A stretch of DNA of 64,000 nt from Verrucomicrobiota bacterium (GCA_045046875.1 JASFYY010000019.1:1-64000), one strand, 5' to 3'; counted from the first letter of the stretch, positions 35,874 through 45,538 are shown. Notes: generated by a model not told the origin, from the letters alone. A program made the numbers and translations.

Positions 35874-38099
35874 ATGAAGGGCTGGTTGGATCAGGAATTG
35901 ATAATGATATCCGTAATGACAATGAGACGTGTGGTTTTATGTTTGCTGGCACTTTGCTGCTTCTGGGCGGTGCCTAGAGTTGGTGCATACCCTTTAACCG
36001 ATGCCCAAAAGGCGAGGCTGCAGAAGTTGATACCGCGAACTTTCGCCAAATTGCAACGGCACGATCCGGTGCACATTCTAACTTTGGGGGATAGTGTGAC
36101 GGAAATGTATACCCCGGATGTGGACACTAATCACAATTACTTGCATGCTTATCATGTTAAGTTTGCAGAGCTTTTGTGTCTGGAGTTTTTCTATCCAGGC
36201 GAAGTGCGTTTGTTTAATCCTGAGAAAGGCAAACCCGACAAAGCGAACGAATACCTTGGCGATGAGATTACCTTGGAGAATTTTGGACTGGGTGGGCGCA
36301 CCGCCATTGATGCTTTGCAAAGGATCACCACTGATGTATTTCTGAATGAACCGGATCTGGTAATTATCAAATATGGGATTAATGATTCCTTGATGGGTTT
36401 GTCTTTCGATGCGTATCGCAGGTCGATTCAATTTAGCATCGATGAATGCCGTAATCGTGGCTTGGATGTGATTTTACTGGCTCCGACGATGGTGCGGGTT
36501 TCCCAAGGGCCGATTGAATGGGGTATGACCCGTGGGCATGCGATGATAGCTAGGGAGTTAGCGATGAAAAACGGCATTTTCTTTGCAGATATGGGGCAGG
36601 TGATTGCGCAAACCAGTGGAGTAGGTGAAGGCGAAATGGATGCTAAAGATGCAATTGGGGTGGTGGCTGAAAAAATGGGCAAGAATTTTGATTTTGTCAC
36701 TCCCCCCAAAGAACAGTTGCATCCAAATCTCAATGCTCACAAAGCGATGGGCAAAGCAATCTTTGACCAGTTGTTCAACGGCGAGCCCTCGGCTCCGTTC
36801 AGAGTGGTTTCCCGGGCAACATTTATTGACCCGGAAACGATTAAAGTTGATTTGTCGTTTAAGAACGGGGGCAGCGAAGCTAAAGAAGGGTTCATAGGGG
36901 CGCTGACCACCCGGCGATTGTTAGTGCCGACCGAGCAGAGTGCATTCCAGAGTTATCGAATTGAACCAGGTAAAACGGCTTCGTTTTCTTTTACTTACAA
37001 ACGTCAGCAGCGTGAGTTCCGGGGAGGAGCTCCCTCGCGATTGCAGAGTCTGGATCCAGGTGAAGCTCGTCTGCCGTTTAGTTTTTTGTTGGGTGATTCC
37101 GGGAGTTCACGGGTGATCGATACGGCACCGGTATTGGAGCCGGTAGCGGTGACATGGAACGAAGGTATCCAGGTAGGGGTGAAGAGCGGTGTTCGTTTGG
37201 CTTGGAGTTTTAATAACGGACAGAAAAAAACTCTGGCGGGCGATTATGAAATCAAGATGGGAGAGCGTAAGGCTTCGGGAAAATTTCAATTGGATGCGAA
37301 TAGTGAAAAAGATTTTTTTGCTGAGTTCCCGATCAATGAAAAAGACGAGGTATTCAGTTTTAAGGAAACGGTGCAATTGAAGGTGCGCGTAGAGGGCAAG
37401 ACCTTTGTGTTTTTTCGTGAAGTGGAAGCAACGCGGGATCTGAAATTGGGAGAGAAGGTAGCCTTGGCTCATGATGAAGAATACACTCCCGGGGTGCGGG
37501 TAATGAAGACGGCTCCGGCGACACAGGAGGCGGTGTATCTGCGGGTGGATGCTGACAAGGATGCTTTGTATGTGAGTTTTGATCTTGAGAAGATTAATTT
37601 GGTGGACATCCCTGGCGGGGTGTCGATGACGGCTGAAGTTTTTATCGATGGACGCCCCCAGGCCGAAAACCGGCAGTTTGGATTTGTCGAGCGGGTGAGG
37701 GTTTTATTTGGCAGTGCAGATGGTGCCGGTACCGTAAAGCTCACCAAGATGGGGCTTTTTGGAAATGCTTATGATCGGGCGATCCCACCGGAAGGCATTC
37801 GGACTTTGTTGAAAAGCAAAGGTAATGCTTCCAAAAAGGTGGAAATCAGAATACCCCGGATTTATCTCTATCGCCATGGTTGGAATTTGGGCAAGGAAGG
37901 ACAGGTTTTAGGTTTAAATGCATGGATTTCTTTAACCGCAGTTGGCAAGGGACCCGGGCAGGGAGCTATTTTTCCTCCGAATCGCCGCTGGGTGCTGGCC
38001 AAATCAGGTCTATATTTCAGAGACGCCCGCAGTTTGAGCACTTTGGATCTCGGTAAAAAATCCGCCGAAGTCCCAGGCTGGTCGGTGAGGATTTATTAG
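35874..38099 (+). CDS. Secreted SGNH/GDSL hydrolase with C-terminal beta-sandwich domains
   Basis: LGDSVT, GLGG, YGIND and LHPN; signal peptide from about 35916-35922. Confidence 0.8.
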   Translation: MKGWLDQELIMISVMTMRRVVLCLLALCCFWAVPRVGAYPLTDAQKARLQKLIPRTFAKLQRHDPVHILTLGDSVTEMYTPDVDTNHNYLHAYHVKFAELLCLEFFYPGEVRLFNPEKGKPDKANEYLGDEITLENFGLGGRTAIDALQRITTDVFLNEPDLVIIKYGINDSLMGLSFDAYRRSIQFSIDECRNRGLDVILLAPTMVRVSQGPIEWGMTRGHAMIARELAMKNGIFFADMGQVIAQTSGVGEGEMDAKDAIGVVAEKMGKNFDFVTPPKEQLHPNLNAHKAMGKAIFDQLFNGEPSAPFRVVSRATFIDPETIKVDLSFKNGGSEAKEGFIGALTTRRLLVPTEQSAFQSYRIEPGKTASFSFTYKRQQREFRGGAPSRLQSLDPGEARLPFSFLLGDSGSSRVIDTAPVLEPVAVTWNEGIQVGVKSGVRLAWSFNNGQKKTLAGDYEIKMGERKASGKFQLDANSEKDFFAEFPINEKDEVFSFKETVQLKVRVEGKTFVFFREVEATRDLKLGEKVALAHDEEYTPGVRVMKTAPATQEAVYLRVDADKDALYVSFDLEKINLVDIPGGVSMTAEVFIDGRPQAENRQFGFVERVRVLFGSADGAGTVKLTKMGLFGNAYDRAIPPEGIRTLLKSKGNASKKVEIRIPRIYLYRHGWNLGKEGQVLGLNAWISLTAVGKGPGQGAIFPPNRRWVLAKSGLYFRDARSLSTLDLGKKSAEVPGWSVRIY

Positions 38100-38155
38100 G
38101 GCTTTGGTGGTGGATGCGAAGCTAGGAAAAGATTCAACATATCAGGTGGAATCAC

Positions 38156-38209
38156 TGTCTAATTATATAGGGATGATACGGAGATCGTGTGCCCTATATA
38201 AATAAGACA
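38156..38209. promoter_or_regulatory. Long imperfect inverted repeat upstream of clpB
   Basis: TGTCTAATTATATAGGG ... CCCTATATAAATAAGACA, ending 24 nt before the ATG. Confidence 0.55.
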
Positions 38210-38233
38210 TATAACCATAAATAATAAGCTGAT

Positions 38234-40810
38234 ATGAATCTAAATAAATTAACCTTGAAGATGCAGGAAGCTCTTCGTGAGGCTCAGGACCTGGCCTCGG
38301 AGAAAGACCATCAATCCTTGAACCCAGTGCATGTGTTGTGTGCTTTGTTGGATCAGACCGAGGGCGTGTCGCGTCCGGTGTTGGAAAAAATAGGGGTCCC
38401 GGTGGACTCGTTACGGCAAAAACTGGAGCAGAAGCTGGAGGCTCAGCCGTCGGTTACCGGAAGTGGAACGGGGCAGGTTTATCTGGGAGATGAGCTCAAC
38501 GCGGTGTTGAAAGCGGCGGATAAAAAACGCACGGAACTCAAGGACGACTACTTGAGTGTGGAGCATTTTTTGTTGGGCTTGTTGACCAGTAAAAATGATG
38601 CGACGACTTTGCTGAAAGAGGCGGGTGCGACGGAAAAAAGTTTACTGGAAGCGGTGGCTTCGGTGCGTGGGCAGCAGCGGGTGACGGATCAGGATCCGGA
38701 GGGCAAATACCAGACGCTGGAGAAATACGGCCAGGATCTGACCGAGCAGGCTAGGGCGGGCAAGATCGATCCGGTGATCGGTCGTGATGACGAGATCCGT
38801 CGAGTGATGCAGGTGCTGTCCCGACGGCGGAAAAATAATCCGGTTCTGATAGGTGAGCCGGGAGTGGGCAAGACGGCGATTGCCGAAGGATTGGCGCGGC
38901 GCATTGTCAGTGGAGATGTGCCGGATTCATTGAAGAACAAACGACTGATTGCGATGGATATCGGCGCGATGGTCGCGGGGGCCAAATACCGGGGCGAGTT
39001 TGAAGATCGATTGAAGGCTTTTCTCAAGGAAGTGACTTCATCGGAGGGTGAGATCATTTTGTTCATCGACGAGCTGCACACCATTGTCGGTGCCGGAGCT
39101 GCGGAGGGATCGGTGGACGCGTCCAATTTGCTCAAGCCACAGTTGGCTCGTGGAGAGTTGCATGCGATTGGCGCGACGACTCTGGACGAGTATCGTAAGT
39201 ATATCGAAAAGGACGCGGCTTTGGAGCGGCGCTTCCAGCCGGTGACGGTTGACGAGCCGAGTGTCGAGGATACCATCGCGATTTTGCGTGGGGTCAACGA
39301 GCGTTATGAGTTGCATCACGGGGTGCGTATTCAGGATGCGGCTTTGGTGGCGGCAGCGAATTTGTCGGACCGATATATTTCTGATCGGTTTTTGCCGGAC
39401 AAAGCGGTGGACTTGATTGATGAAGCGGCTTCGCGCTTGAAGATCGAACTCGATTCGATGCCAACCGAGATTGATCAACTTGATCGTCAGGTGATGCAGT
39501 TGGAAATGGAGCGCCAGGCTTTGAAAAAAGAAAAAGACGCGGCGAGCAAGGAGCGCTTGGAGAAGGTCGAGCGTGACATGGCTGACCTGAAGGAAAAAGG
39601 GGATCATTTGAAGGCGCAGTGGCAGAATGAAAAGGGGGTCATCGACGAGGCTCGTCTCATTCAGGAGGAGATGGAGGCTGCGCGCAATGAACTGGAACAG
39701 GCACAACGCGGGGGTGACTTGGGGCGTGCGAGTGAAATCCAATACGGGACGCTGCCGGGCTTGGAAGAGAAGCAGGTCGAGGCGCAGAAAAAACTCGCGG
39801 ACTTGCAGCAACAGACCAGCATCCTCAAGGAGGAAGTGACCGAGGAGGACATCGCCAGGGTGGTGGCTTCGTGGACCGGTATTCCGGTTTCGAGATTGCA
39901 GGAAGGCGAACGCGAAAAACTGGTGCAGATGGAAGACCGTCTGGGTGACCGGGTGATCGGTCAGCGTGATGCGGTGGTGGCGGTATCGAATGCGGTCAGG
40001 CGCTCCCGTGCGGGATTGCAGGATGAGAACCGTCCCTTGGGTTCATTTTTGTTTCTCGGGCCGACCGGGGTAGGCAAGACGGAATTGTCCCGCGCTTTGG
40101 CGGAATTTTTATTCGATGACGAGCAGGCGATGGTGCGCATCGACATGAGCGAGTATATGGAAAAACACGCAGTGTCGCGTTTGATCGGAGCGCCTCCGGG
40201 TTATGTCGGTTATGAAGAGGGCGGTCAGTTGAGCGAGTCAGTGCGGCGTAAACCGTATTCGGTGATTTTGTTCGATGAGATCGAAAAAGCGCATCCGGAT
40301 GTGTTCAACGTTTTGCTTCAGGTTCTGGACGATGGGCGTATCACCGATGGTCAGGGGCGCACGGTGGATTTCCGCCACACGGTGATCATCATGACGAGCA
40401 ACATTGGTAGTGAGTATATCATGAGTGAGGACGATCCGAAAAAACGAGATGCTCTGGTGACGGAGGCGTTGCGTGGTCATTTCCGTCCGGAGTTTCTCAA
40501 TCGTATTGATGAGACGATCATTTTTGATCGTTTGAGCGAGGGGGATATCCGCCAGATTGTTACTTTGCAGATCAAACGTGTCTTGAAGCGCTTGGAAGCG
40601 CAAGGGATGGAACTGCTTGTGGATGACGAGGCTCTGGGTTTGCTGGCGAAGGAGGGCTATGACCCTGCTTATGGAGCCCGGCCCTTGAAGCGGGTGATTC
40701 AGAAACGCTTGCTCGATCCTCTGAGCATGGAGATCCTGGAAGGGAAATTCAGTGAAGGGGACAAAATCGAGGTGGGGGCGAAAGGGGGCGAGTTGGTGTT
40801 CGGTAGATGA
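38234..40810 (+). CDS. clpB: ATP-dependent disaggregase ClpB
   Basis: Clp N repeats, two AAA modules ([16 protein letters not shown]), middle coiled coil and GYVGYEEGG. Confidence 0.97.
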   Translation: MNLNKLTLKMQEALREAQDLASEKDHQSLNPVHVLCALLDQTEGVSRPVLEKIGVPVDSLRQKLEQKLEAQPSVTGSGTGQVYLGDELNAVLKAADKKRTELKDDYLSVEHFLLGLLTSKNDATTLLKEAGATEKSLLEAVASVRGQQRVTDQDPEGKYQTLEKYGQDLTEQARAGKIDPVIGRDDEIRRVMQVLSRRRKNNPVLIGEPGVGKTAIAEGLARRIVSGDVPDSLKNKRLIAMDIGAMVAGAKYRGEFEDRLKAFLKEVTSSEGEIILFIDELHTIVGAGAAEGSVDASNLLKPQLARGELHAIGATTLDEYRKYIEKDAALERRFQPVTVDEPSVEDTIAILRGVNERYELHHGVRIQDAALVAAANLSDRYISDRFLPDKAVDLIDEAASRLKIELDSMPTEIDQLDRQVMQLEMERQALKKEKDAASKERLEKVERDMADLKEKGDHLKAQWQNEKGVIDEARLIQEEMEAARNELEQAQRGGDLGRASEIQYGTLPGLEEKQVEAQKKLADLQQQTSILKEEVTEEDIARVVASWTGIPVSRLQEGEREKLVQMEDRLGDRVIGQRDAVVAVSNAVRRSRAGLQDENRPLGSFLFLGPTGVGKTELSRALAEFLFDDEQAMVRIDMSEYMEKHAVSRLIGAPPGYVGYEEGGQLSESVRRKPYSVILFDEIEKAHPDVFNVLLQVLDDGRITDGQGRTVDFRHTVIIMTSNIGSEYIMSEDDPKKRDALVTEALRGHFRPEFLNRIDETIIFDRLSEGDIRQIVTLQIKRVLKRLEAQGMELLVDDEALGLLAKEGYDPAYGARPLKRVIQKRLLDPLSMEILEGKFSEGDKIEVGAKGGELVFGR

Positions 40811-40825
40811 TGTTGGACAAATAGG

Positions 40826-40854
40826 AGGGCGGGTTTTTTAACCCGCCCTTTTTT
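40826..40854 (+). terminator. Rho-independent terminator of clpB
   Basis: AGGGCGGGTT-TTTT-AACCCGCCCT followed by a T run. Confidence 0.85.
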
Positions 40855-40914
40855 GTGGGGGAGTATGAAGAGATTGACCGCGGATGGCGCGGATAATAAT
40901 AAAAAAGAAGTAAA

Positions 40915-42339
40915 TCATTGGTTTTGTTTTTTTGCATCTCGTTCACGCGATGCAAATTGTTGGGCGGTGAAAATGTGGATGCGGTCTTTGATGCGTTTTA
41001 CTCTTAGATTGTGTATTAACGCAAACCCCTCGATTTTATGCAAGGGGGGAGTTGTGGATAATAGGTGTCCAGTGACCTGGTATCGTCGAGCGTTGAGCTC
41101 GGGGTTTTGCTGGTAGGATAGATTTTCACTAACTGCGATGAATTGCGCAACTTCGTTTAAGTTGGCTTTTGTGATGAAAAATCCATCGTCTTCTTTTGTT
41201 GTTGCAGTGCTATTCTTCGAAGGCTGCCAATGTTTGGATTGTTTGAGCTGCGTTTTGATGAGATCTTCTCTCAAAGCATATTGTGACAAAGTGAAAACAT
41301 AAACGGTGTCTCGAATGATGATCATTTTCAGGCCGTAGGCGAGCGCCAGTGCTTCGATATTACGAACAAAACTTGTGTCATCGGATAGATGCCCTGTGAC
41401 GTAGTATTTAGTGGAAGACAACTCTGGGTTATGAAAATAATTTAGCTGTGCGGATTTAGCTAGAAACTGAATCACGTCATTGATTTGAGCATCTCTAATG
41501 AAAAACCCTTCGTCTTTTTTTGCCGTTGCAGTACTATTTTTCGAAGCTTGCCAATGTTTGGATTGTTCGAGTTGCGTTTTGATGAGATCTTCTCTCAAAG
41601 AATATTGTGATAAGGTGAAAACATAAATGGTGTCTCGAATGATGATCACTTTCAAACCGTAGGCGAGCGCCAGTGCTTCGAGGTTTTGAATGGGGGCTTC
41701 GCTTTGGAAGAAATATCCCGTGACGGTGTATTGCGCGGAAGATAGTTCTGAATTGTGAAAATAATTCAACTGCGCAGATTTAGCGGCGTATTGAATCACG
41801 TCGTTTAAGAAGGCCTCTTTCATGAAAAACCCATCTTCTTCTGTTGTCGTTGTTGCTTCGGTTATTGAAGCTTGCCAATGTTTGGATTGTTCGAGTTCTT
41901 CTGCGTAGTTTTTCTGTCGTGACTTAAATTGCTCGGGAGTGAATAAAAAAATACTGTTACGGTAGGTGAGTAATTTTAGTTTGTATTTTAAGGCGAGATT
42001 TTCCATTTCTTCCATCGGGATAAAGTCAGGTTTCATCTGCGCATGCATTTTGTATTTCTCTGCTTTTAATTCGGGATTGTGGAAGTATTGAAGCCCGTTT
42101 TTTTTGGCGAGAAATTGCATCACGTCATTGATGTGAAAGCCGTCGATCATATAAGGACCACGGGGTTCAAGTTGAAATGCCGGGCCACGTTTTAGCCGCA
42201 GTTGATGTTGTTTGATTGCAGAATTGACAAGAAAGATCCCTAGAACAAGGCAACTGGCCACGATGAGGGTGCTGCCGGTTATGAGCAGTCTTCTTCGTTT
42301 GGAGAAGTAATTGTCTGCGTTTTGACCTCCTAGGTTCAT
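40915..42339 (-). CDS. Membrane-anchored protein with four tandem 108-aa STN/secretin-N0-like repeats
   Basis: N-terminal TM helix; four units INDVxQFLAK..L.YFHNPEL...Y.VTG...ALAYGLK; DNA period of 324 nt (41226/41550/41874). Confidence 0.8.
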   Translation of the reverse strand: MNLGGQNADNYFSKRRRLLITGSTLIVASCLVLGIFLVNSAIKQHQLRLKRGPAFQLEPRGPYMIDGFHINDVMQFLAKKNGLQYFHNPELKAEKYKMHAQMKPDFIPMEEMENLALKYKLKLLTYRNSIFLFTPEQFKSRQKNYAEELEQSKHWQASITEATTTTEEDGFFMKEAFLNDVIQYAAKSAQLNYFHNSELSSAQYTVTGYFFQSEAPIQNLEALALAYGLKVIIIRDTIYVFTLSQYSLREDLIKTQLEQSKHWQASKNSTATAKKDEGFFIRDAQINDVIQFLAKSAQLNYFHNPELSSTKYYVTGHLSDDTSFVRNIEALALAYGLKMIIIRDTVYVFTLSQYALREDLIKTQLKQSKHWQPSKNSTATTKEDDGFFITKANLNEVAQFIAVSENLSYQQNPELNARRYQVTGHLLSTTPPLHKIEGFALIHNLRVKRIKDRIHIFTAQQFASRERDAKKQNQ

Positions 42340-42532
42340 GGGTCAAAGCTTAGCAGTGGGGGAAAGGGAGTCGATTATAAAGCAGGCGCTTGTTTGTAAT
42401 CTGTGGGGCGTAGGCTTCGGCGGTCAAGATGAGCTAAGAACGCAAGGGGGGATAAATAAATTACGGGTGAGACGAATCGGTATTCGAGATGGGGAGAGTA
42501 GAAGTTTTTATAGGGGGGTAGCCCGCTTTCTA

Positions 42533-42727
42533 AGCCCCAAAGGGGCGGTATTATGTCAGCCTAGGGCAAGGCCGCCCTAGGTTTAATGGGGGAAATACAG
42601 TCAACCCTGTAAGGGTGCCCCTAAATTCTCGCCGGATAGCGCCGTCCCGTTGGGACTAAAGAATCAAACCGCAAATATTCCCAGGGTGGATTACCCTGGG
42701 CTGGCATAGTGTCGACCCCTTGGGTCT
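42533..42727. repeat. Composite REP/REPIN-like palindromic element
   Basis: Outer imperfect inverted arms (CCCCAAAGGGG..TATGTCAGCCTAGGG / CCCTGGGCTGGCATA..CCCCTTGGG) enclosing hairpins ACCCTGTAAGGGT and GTCCCGTTGGGAC. Confidence 0.7.
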
Positions 42728-42779
42728 GTTAGACTGACGTCAATGCGAGGTCGACTACGCTTAGCTACGGTCTGTTTTC

Positions 42780-43643
42780 CTACTCCACCAGCGGCTGTAA
42801 ATTCTCCTTACACCACTCGCCATTCTGCATCGTTACGCCATCGGGGTCGTCGATCGCTTTTTCGCATTCGTCTTCGCAGATGATCCAGCCTTCGTAGTTG
42901 TGCTGGGTGAGCCAGCCGGTGATGCGGTGAAAGTCGAGCTTGCCAGTTCCCATCTGCGCCCAGGGCTCGGGGCCGTTGCCGCTGAAGTCTTTGTAGTGAA
43001 TGTGGTTGACCAGGTGGGACCACTTGTTGAGTGTTTCGATCACGTCCATGCCGCCGCGGATGATGTGTCCGACGTCGGGGGTCCAACCGGTGACACTGGG
43101 GTCGAGGCTGCTGAGCACCACGTCGTAGTCTTCCTGATGGCGCACCAGGGAGTCCGGTGGGCTGTTGGGGTGGTAGGAGCAAGTGAAGCCGAGGTCGGCG
43201 GCGCGTTTGGATACGGCGTTGACGTTTTTGGCGACGTTGAGGCGTCTGCGTTGCAGGTCATTGGCACGGCCGCTGGGCAGGGTCACAGTGCCCATCATGG
43301 CGCCGGGGAAGTGTTTGAGAAAGTCCATGGTGAAGTCGGCGGCTTCGCGTTCGTTGGGGGCTTCTTCTTCGCCGTCCCAGGCGCAGACCAGTGCCAGTCC
43401 TGCGAGTTCCATGTTGTGCTCGTCGAGGCTGTCTTTGAGTTTGATAGGGTCGCAGAAATCGCCAAGCCAGTATTTGCCACAGCCCAGTGCGCTTTCGGAG
43501 ATTTCGAGCACCATCGGTTCGATGCTTTTGAAACCGGCAGCGGCAGCGGTTTTGATCATGTGATCGAGTTTGTTGTCGTAGGATTTACCGGTTTCCTGCA
43601 TGAACCAGGTGTAGACTTGAGAGCCGAATTTGATTTTGGACAT
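42780..43643 (-). CDS. Sugar phosphate isomerase/epimerase (inosose-dehydratase-like TIM barrel)
   Basis: YHPNS, PDVGH, HIHYKD, MGTG and WIICEDE. Confidence 0.85.
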   Translation of the reverse strand: MSKIKFGSQVYTWFMQETGKSYDNKLDHMIKTAAAAGFKSIEPMVLEISESALGCGKYWLGDFCDPIKLKDSLDEHNMELAGLALVCAWDGEEEAPNEREAADFTMDFLKHFPGAMMGTVTLPSGRANDLQRRRLNVAKNVNAVSKRAADLGFTCSYHPNSPPDSLVRHQEDYDVVLSSLDPSVTGWTPDVGHIIRGGMDVIETLNKWSHLVNHIHYKDFSGNGPEPWAQMGTGKLDFHRITGWLTQHNYEGWIICEDECEKAIDDPDGVTMQNGEWCKENLQPLVE

Positions 43644-43651
43644 ATTTTTTT

Positions 43652-43700
43652 AGGAGTAAGAAGTTAGAATTCAGGAGTTAGAATTCAGGATTCAGGAGTT
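43652..43700. repeat. Seven degenerate heptamer tandem repeats
   Basis: AGGAGTA AGAAGTT AGAATTC AGGAGTT AGAATTC AGGATTC AGGAGTT. Confidence 0.8.
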
Positions 43701-43774
43701 GTGATTTTTTGCTTGTTTGGTTATTTGGAAGTGTTGGGTGGAATTTTAGGATGCGAGGTAGAGGAGTTTATTTT

Positions 43775-43933
43775 GAATCACATTACACGACATCTCTTAA
43801 AACCGGAGAATTTAACCACTGATGGGCACTAGGAAACACTGATTCACAATAGTTCAGCCTTACTTTTTCCTCTTTATCAGTGGTAATCAGTGCAATCAGT
43901 GGTTGGAATATTTTTTGTCGTGTAGTGTGATTC
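43775..43933. mobile_element. 159-bp MITE-like element with nested inverted repeats
   Basis: Outer 18-bp IR GAATCACATTACACGACA / TGTCGTGTAGTGTGATTC (1 mismatch); inner arms 43814-43843 and 43876-43904 built from CACTGAT/ATCAGTG units. Confidence 0.6.
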
Positions 43934-43948
43934 TGAATCCTTCTTCAA

Positions 43949-44752
43949 TCAATTTTTCGTGAGCCACGCTTTTATTCTTGGGTTGAAGTCTTCGAGGCAT
44001 TCCCAGTGGAAGGCGTGGCCGGCATTTTCATACAGGTGTTGTTCGCTACCGGGGATGGCGGCGGCGACTTCGTCGTTCATCCATTTGGGGGTGAACATGT
44101 CGTTGACTCCGCCGATGACCAGTGCGGGGCAACTGATTTGTCCGAGTCGATCCGAGGTGTCGTGATTGATGCAGGCGGCGGCCTGTCCTTCGAGTCCGTG
44201 CACGGGCTGCGGGTTGGAGTCGATGGCGGCACCGGCCAGCCCTTCGAGCATGCCTTGATGAGCTTCGTCGTTATCCCAGAAGGGTTTGGTGAAAATCAGA
44301 GTTTGCACCCATTCCATGAACTGTTCGGGACGCAGGTGGGATTTGCAGGTGATCATGTGATTGAAGATGGCGGTGGCGTAGCGGTCACATTTGGCCCAAG
44401 GGCACATCAGCACGGTGCTCTGCACTTTATCCGGGTGACGCAGGGCGAGTTCCTGGGCGATGATGCTGCCCATGGATACTCCGACGATGCGTGCTTTTTC
44501 TATGCCGAGAGAGTCCATCAGTCCGGCGTAGTCGTCAGCCATCATGGCGGCGCTGTAGTCTCCTGCGGGTTTGTCGCTGAGTCCGACGCCTCGGTTGTCG
44601 GGCATGATGCAGCGGAAGTCTTGCGACCAGTCGGCGGCGTGGGCTTCCCAGACGGCACCGGGAGCGGTGATTCCCATGATGAGGATCACGGGATCGCCAC
44701 TGCCGCTTTCTTCATAAAACATTTTGATTCCGTTGGTATCGACGTAAGGCAT
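43949..44752 (-). CDS. Alpha/beta hydrolase (enol-lactonase-like)
   Basis: DNRGVGLSD, nucleophile elbow GVSMG, GGVND and AGH. Confidence 0.9.
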   Translation of the reverse strand: MPYVDTNGIKMFYEESGSGDPVILIMGITAPGAVWEAHAADWSQDFRCIMPDNRGVGLSDKPAGDYSAAMMADDYAGLMDSLGIEKARIVGVSMGSIIAQELALRHPDKVQSTVLMCPWAKCDRYATAIFNHMITCKSHLRPEQFMEWVQTLIFTKPFWDNDEAHQGMLEGLAGAAIDSNPQPVHGLEGQAAACINHDTSDRLGQISCPALVIGGVNDMFTPKWMNDEVAAAIPGSEQHLYENAGHAFHWECLEDFNPRIKAWLTKN

Positions 44753-44969
44753 ATTAGTATGGGTGAGGTTAATTAAAGAATTTGCGTAGTTTTTCCTAGC
44801 GTATCCCGTGTCGACTTCCAAGCAAAACTTTTTTGTGGCTGCTTCTTGGTATTTGGTGGGGCGTTGTTGTTTTGTTGAAATTCGTTGTTTGTGAAGTGGC
44901 TACCGTTGTCGTAATCAATTTCCATGTTCGATAGTGAATTTTCAACTCAACAGACTATTGACCCTTCGC

Positions 44970-44991
44970 CGGACAGGAATGTCAGCCCTCC
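44970..44991. repeat. REP-like dispersed 22-nt repeat (copy 2)
   Basis: CGGACAGGAATGTCAGCCCTCC; compare 869-890. Confidence 0.6.
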
Positions 44992-45097
44992 TTTGTGGGT
45001 CGTTGTTGGTTGTTGAAGCTAAAAGACTGCTGGATATCATTGAAAGTATGGATACAGTGGTTTTTCTTGGATTAGAAATTTACCCGGAAGAAATCAG

Positions 45098-45409
45098 ATG
45101 GCTAAAGCAAAAAGAAAACGTTACACGGACAAAGAGAAGCAGAATATTGTGAATTTTGTTAATGAGCATAATGCTCAGAATGGTCGTGGGGGTCAGGCGG
45201 CGGCGTCCAAAAAATACAAAGTGAGTGTTCTATCGGTTGGCAAGTGGCTGAAGGGCGGCAGTCCGGCGAGTAAAAAAAGGGCAGCTGGCAAAAGCAAGGT
45301 GGCGGCGAAGCCCAAGTCGCTCACTGCGACGCTCAACCGGATGACGGCGATCCAGGAAAAAATTGATGTTTTGAACGCTGAGTTTGATGCTTTGAAAAAA
45401 CAGCTTTAG
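45098..45409 (+). CDS. Small basic HTH + coiled-coil protein
   Basis: KRYTDKEK...GRGGQAAASKKYKVSVLSVGKWLK, K/A-rich linker and C-terminal heptads. Confidence 0.75.
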   Translation: MAKAKRKRYTDKEKQNIVNFVNEHNAQNGRGGQAAASKKYKVSVLSVGKWLKGGSPASKKRAAGKSKVAAKPKSLTATLNRMTAIQEKIDVLNAEFDALKKQL

Positions 45410-45435
45410 GCGATCGCATTTTAATTATTTAAATT

Positions 45436-45477
45436 ACCCTGGAGCTGGCCTGAAATAGCTGGTTTCAGGGTTTTTTT
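45436..45477 (+). terminator. Probable Rho-independent terminator
   Basis: ACCCTGGAGCTGGC...GCTGGTTTCAGGGT stem (several G-U pairs) followed by a T run. Confidence 0.65.
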
Positions 45478-45538
45478 ATTGGATCAGCTTGCTCGATTTC
45501 ACGGTTGCGCAGGCAAGACCAAAAGATACAGTGAAGGC

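Noticed and set aside
41150..41900. 324-nt periodic repeats as a CRISPR array or DGR
   Set aside because: They are in-frame coding repeats; no repeat-spacer structure, cas gene or reverse transcriptase gene
45098..45409. IS3-type transposase OrfA
   Set aside because: No OrfB, terminal IRs or frameshift signal; the gene has its own terminator
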